NCBI GenBank assembly: GCA_024222685.1
Contig: JAAEOZ010000102.1
Coordinates: 1-51,367 of the forward strand
Reading direction: 5' to 3'
Origin: Gammaproteobacteria bacterium
GTDB taxonomy: Bacteria > Pseudomonadota > Gammaproteobacteria > GCA-001735895
Length of the DNA stretch: 51,367 bases
The notes below the pieces were generated by a model that was given only the letters and a program-made list of their open reading frames with translations, searched no databases and was not told the origin of the DNA. Position numbers and translations under genes: made by a program. Below, in pieces: positions 49,799 through 51,367 of the stretch; the first letter of the stretch is position 1, and every line of letters starts with the position of its first letter.

Positions 49799-51289
49799 AT
49801 GGAGAACAGAATAGTATTAACAAAAGACGAAATAAAACCTCTTGTTGACTCACATTTATATCCAGAATTAATTAGAGGCGAATATGAAGTTAAAGTATGC
49901 AAGGCCATCGAATTACTTACTTATAACAGGTTGGACCTGGCTTTTAAACTGGTTTATCTCAATATGCGAAATTACCATGCTTCCTATGCAGAAGAGCTCT
50001 ATAAAGACCATATTAGGGCTTTTACTTTGGGTACATTCCATGAATATGGAAATGAGGAGAAAAATAACTTTGAGCAGTATCTACTAGATTTCAAGGATAT
50101 ATCTGAAAATATTGAAAACCATGGTTTTGATTCGACACAAACTATCATTCCAATTTCTAGAGATGGTTCTATACTAAATGGGGCACATCGTTTGGCCTGC
50201 GCCATATTTCATGATAAGGAAGTCAGTTGTGTTGAGTTAGCCCCCTCCCCACCTCAATATAATTATGAATGCTTTTACAAACGAGGTGTTTCAATCACTA
50301 ACCTTGAAGTTGCTGTAAACCATTTTATACAGACAGCTAATAATGTATACCTGGCATTTATATGGCCAACTGCCACAGGTAAGGACAAGGAGATTGAGTC
50401 AATTTTCAGCAAAATTGTATATAAAAAGGAAGTTCTGCTTAATCTGAATGGTGCTCATAATCTTCTCAGCCAAATTTATGCTGGAGAGGAATGGCTAGGA
50501 TCGATTGAGAATAACTTTCGGGGATTGGACGCAAAACGGAATAAATGTTTTACAAACTCAAAACACCTAAGAGTGATTGCGTTTCAATCAGATAGTCTGC
50601 TTGATACTTTACGAATGAAAGAACAAATAAGGGCATTATTCAATGTTGGTAAGCATTCAATACATATTACTGATACGAAAGAAGAAGCTTTAACAATGTC
50701 ACAAATCATTTTCAATGAAAATGGTATTCATTTTTTAAATTATGCTAAGCCCTACAAGCTTCCTTCTGCACATAAACAAATATATGAATATAAAGAGTTT
50801 TTAATACAAAACTCAATTAGCCCGGTGTTAAGCTTGGCGGACTCTAGTTTGGTATTAGCACTTTACGGTCTACGCAAAGCCAATGATATTGATTATTTGA
50901 CATTAGATGAAAAAAAAATCACCAAATTAATAGGCACAGCTGAACCGCACGATAGTGAGTTAAAATACCATAAAAAAATAAAAGAAGACCTGATTTTAAA
51001 TTCTAGTCACTATTTTTATTTCGAGGGTATTAAATTTATTTCTTTTAATACGCTTTATAAAATGAAAAAAAACCGAGCAGAGCAAAAAGACAAATACGAC
51101 TGCTCCATAATGGAAGCGTTAATAGAAAGTAACCGAGTAAAAGAGTTAATAAATAAATCAAATCAGAATTTGTATTATTTTAACTTGCGTCTTAGACGAT
51201 ATTTACTTCTTATACCAGTTTTACTTTTAAAGAAAATCGGTATGTATGATCGCGTTAGAAGTATATACAACGATTTCTTTTCACATTAG
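49799..51289 (+). CDS. Unrecognised fusion protein: ParB/sulfiredoxin-like N-terminal region plus Pol-beta-type nucleotidyltransferase-like C-terminal region plus a C-terminal hydrophobic helix
   Basis: A long uninterrupted ORF in an AT-rich stretch. IIPISRDGSILNGAHRLACAI is a DGxHR-type ParB/Srx core, and DSSLVLALYGLRKANDIDYL fits [GS]S-x13-DxD. The ATG at 49799 follows GGGGGA; the track start is the TTG at 49787. Confidence 0.6.
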   Translation: MENRIVLTKDEIKPLVDSHLYPELIRGEYEVKVCKAIELLTYNRLDLAFKLVYLNMRNYHASYAEELYKDHIRAFTLGTFHEYGNEEKNNFEQYLLDFKDISENIENHGFDSTQTIIPISRDGSILNGAHRLACAIFHDKEVSCVELAPSPPQYNYECFYKRGVSITNLEVAVNHFIQTANNVYLAFIWPTATGKDKEIESIFSKIVYKKEVLLNLNGAHNLLSQIYAGEEWLGSIENNFRGLDAKRNKCFTNSKHLRVIAFQSDSLLDTLRMKEQIRALFNVGKHSIHITDTKEEALTMSQIIFNENGIHFLNYAKPYKLPSAHKQIYEYKEFLIQNSISPVLSLADSSLVLALYGLRKANDIDYLTLDEKKITKLIGTAEPHDSELKYHKKIKEDLILNSSHYFYFEGIKFISFNTLYKMKKNRAEQKDKYDCSIMEALIESNRVKELINKSNQNLYYFNLRLRRYLLLIPVLLLKKIGMYDRVRSIYNDFFSH

Positions 51290-51367
51290 CTTAGCGTTAA
51301 GACTCTCGGTCTTAGGATGTGGTGATGAGTGATAGACTAAGCCAGTCGGAAGTGGCCGCACATGTTC

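Noticed and set aside
1-51367. CRISPR arrays, rRNA genes, prophage or defence islands, toxin-antitoxin pairs.
   Set aside because: Scanning by eye found no spaced direct-repeat arrays, rRNA-like segments, phage structural genes or recognisable defence or TA gene pairs. The only mobile-element signal is the IS debris at 45.8-47.5 kb.

Overview
51.4-kb chromosomal window from a Gammaproteobacteria-like genome. The taxon cannot be fixed from sequence alone, and every family call below comes from motif recognition by eye; no BLAST, HMM or numeric GC computation was run. Positions 1-41 kb are mostly conserved housekeeping genes, largely on the minus strand. In order: nuoF (partial)-nuoEDCBA, tRNA-Leu(GAG), secG, tpiA, glmM, folP, ftsH, rlmE, yhbY (+), greA and carB-carA. 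Next come a membrane-anchored Hanks Ser/Thr kinase, a PduO-type corrinoid adenosyltransferase, motY, a YbfF-like esterase and the pyruvate dehydrogenase operon aceE-aceF-lpdA. These are followed by pyrC-rnt, a REC-degenerate-GGDEF protein, grxD, an AsnB-type amidotransferase, argD-argF, a membrane degenerate-GGDEF protein, argA plus a 5'-nucleotidase, and dksA. The type IV pilus block closes this part: PP0621-like ORF, pilS, pilR, PilR-type upstream sites, a sigma-54 promoter, pilA and a terminator. From about 41.5 kb to the right edge the window is accessory. It holds a pilin-adjacent pair of membrane glycosylation genes (GT-C/TPR-like transferase plus GtrB/DPM1-like polyprenyl-phosphate glycosyltransferase) and galE. 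After that comes a 1.6-kb segment bounded by direct repeats, containing an IS3-family transposase remnant and a SAM methyltransferase. The window ends in a visibly AT-richer GT4-GT2 operon whose last gene is an unrecognised ParB/Srx-like plus nucleotidyltransferase-like fusion protein. The best candidate for an undescribed system is the pilA-linked glycosylation cassette together with the adjacent glycan-modification island. I saw no rRNA genes, CRISPR arrays or recognisable defence systems.
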